Below the pieces are notes generated by a model, which saw only the letters and a program-made list of their open reading frames with translations, did not search any database and had not been told where the DNA came from. Of a stretch of 64,000 nucleotides of DNA, positions 61,921-64,000 are shown piece after piece. A program made the position numbers and the translations under genes. Source of the stretch: Lama glama (lineage: Eukaryota); contig CM052818.1 of assembly GCA_028534125.1 (NCBI GenBank), positions 49,168,001 through 49,232,000 on the forward strand, given 5' to 3'. The stretch's first letter is position 1. Each line of letters begins with the position of its first letter.

Positions 61921-64000
61921 TTTTATATGATGACATTTTCTCTCTTACAGCATATTAACTATACTCTTTTCAAAGTCATGTGTTTTAACTGGAGTTGGAG
62001 ATAGATACCTGTACGTATTTTCAGTGACTACTATCTCAGTGTATGCGTAATGCAGGTATCTTGTAAGGAGTATCCCTATTCCCTTTCTTCTGTTTCCTAT
62101 AACATTGCTATTATTTATTTCACTAATGCATATGCCATAAACACCAATACATTATTTCTATCATTACTTTGAATGGATATCTATTAGGTCAACTGAGTAT
62201 AAGAAAAATAAAATATTTTATTTTTCCTTCATTTATTTGCTTTGTGATGTGCCTTATATTATTTTTATTCTGAGTAAAAATTCCTTTTAAGTTTTGTTAT
62301 TTTTTTGACAGGGCTATTCTGTTGGTGATGAGATCCCTCAGCTTTTGTTTGTCTGAAAAAGTCTTTCTTTCTCCCTTTTGAAAGATAATTTTGATTGATA
62401 TAGATTTTTTTTCTTTCAACACTTTCAGCATTTTACTTCACTCTCTTCTTGTTTGAGTGTTTTCTGTCAAGAAGTTAGATAAAATTTCCCCCCAGCCTCT
62501 TTCAAGATTTTCTGTTTGTCATTGGATCTAAGATGATTTATTGTATGACATTAGTTTAAAAAAATATCAGCTATTATGTCAAACATTTATTAGCTCCATT
62601 TTTCCTTTCTTCTCTTTTTAATATTCCAGCTCCCATATGTTATCCCTTTTGCAAGTTCCACAATTCTTGGATATTTTGTTCTTTTTATTTTCAGTCCAAT
62701 TTCTTTGCTTTTTAGTTTAGGAAATTGCTATTGACCTATCTTGAAGCTCACTGATCCTTTCTTTGCTCAGCCATGTCTAGTCTACCGATGAACCCAAAAA
62801 AGACGTTATTAAAATTTCCATTACAGTATTTTTGATTCTTAGTTGTGCCTTTTGATTACTTCATAAAACTCCTTTTTGCTTCACATCGCCCTTCTTTTCC
62901 TGCATGTGACCTACTTTTTCCATTCGAGGCCTTGATGTGTTTGTCATAGTAATTTTAAAGTTCCCTCTCTGATAACCCAGAGCTAAAGTATGAAGTCAAA
63001 GCACAGTCCTCCAGCCAACTGAGCTCAGACTTCTGACCCCAACTGCAATTAGCGTCCAACTTCAACGACAGAGAGAAGAGTTCACACAAGACAACCCCCA
63101 CTTCTGACACCTACTGCAAGTTTGCCCTCCACTTAGACAACTTACTGGAAACACAGAACTCACTGAAAGCTGTTATGCTCACAGATACGGTCAATTACAG
63201 GGTAGGGGTACGAATTAGAACCAGCCCAGAGTTGTGCAGAGTGCAGTCCAGGGGGCATTCTAACACAAAGCTTCCGTTGTCCCCAGAATGCATTCCCCTC
63301 CCAGCATCAGTGTATAGCCGCACGTCAGTGTGGAGTGTAGCCAGCCTGGTTTTCGTCCCACCCCCTGGGAGGCCATGCTGACACCCTGTGGACCGAGGGG
63401 CTTGGTATGGCTCACCTCAGCAGCATGAACAGCCAGATGTGGTTTGAGGGCCTCACCTTGTGTAACAAGGATACTTTTATCACTCAGAACTTCCAAGGAC
63501 TTCGAGAGAGCTGAGGACAGAGACCAGATCTGTGACTGATCAAGGCCAGATTCTTCACTGTTCAATGATGCTCCCAAATCTGTCTTCTATCTGAGTCTGG
63601 TTCAGACACCTACTTTCTATCTTAAGTCTTTTTTTTTCAGTTTTCTTGTTTTGTTTTTTTCCCCCCACTGTTGCTTAGTTTCCTAAGACCTCTTTCCTAA
63701 TAGGGTCTATATCTTGCAGCAGCTTCTGCTACTATCCGATACTATTTTATTAGAGTCTTTTGATATGATGTCAAGGTATGGGGCTGGGGGAACACATAAA
63801 TTCTGTAATCGTATGATTGCACATATGTCTGTTGGTGGGCATGGGTTCCTGTGCTGAGATCTTCAGAAATTTTCTTAACCTTTTTATCCTTCCCTTTGAT
63901 GAGACAGGGAGGCTAGAGGACTCTAGATTGGATAACTGCCCTTGCACGTGCTTGGTGAGGATCTGGTCATGGTTTTGTGTTTGGGTTTTTTTGTTTTGTT
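61921..64000 (-). mobile_element. Old L1M continuation, interrupted by an LTR
   Basis: ccctcagcttttgtttgtctgaaaaagtcttt...gaaagataatttt and cagccatgtctagtctaccgatga. Confidence 0.7.
62985..63562 (-). mobile_element. MER21-like ERVL LTR
   Basis: cacaagacaacccccacttctgacacc...cacagaactcactgaaagctgttatgctcac...aacaaggatacttttatcactcagaacttccaagg. Confidence 0.8.

Noticed and set aside
1..64000. Prokaryote-type systems (CRISPR array, operons, defence or phage genes)
   Set aside because: The sequence is clearly mammalian and repeat-rich, with no repeat-spacer array and no long ORF (maximum 201 aa)

Overview
This is mammalian, not prokaryotic, DNA. It is most likely camelid, judged from a tRNA-derived SINE with an AATTAGGTTT(ATTT)n tail and artiodactyl-type L1 3' ends. 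The window looks intronic or intergenic. I found no multi-exon protein-coding gene I can recognise, no CRISPR array and no true RNA gene, and nearly all six-frame ORFs look like chance or repeat-derived frames. It is dominated by interspersed repeats (L1, L2, MIR, MLT1 and MER21 LTRs, and MER20, MER45, MER58, Charlie1 and MER2 DNA transposons). The one firm gene-derived call is a 5'-truncated processed pseudogene of PHB2 (about 59270-59790, minus strand), nested in an old L1. Unique sequence holds several CpG-rich islands, a candidate minus-strand promoter with an ATG-GCG-GT first coding exon (about 9.6-10.2 kb), a two-exon non-coding splice unit (46.9-47.2 kb) and a dense POU-octamer cluster (44.6-44.8 kb). 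I see no evidence for a wholly new biological system. The best leads are regulatory or exon candidates and mutational-process signatures. Repeat names come from my recall of consensus sequences, and boundaries are approximate.
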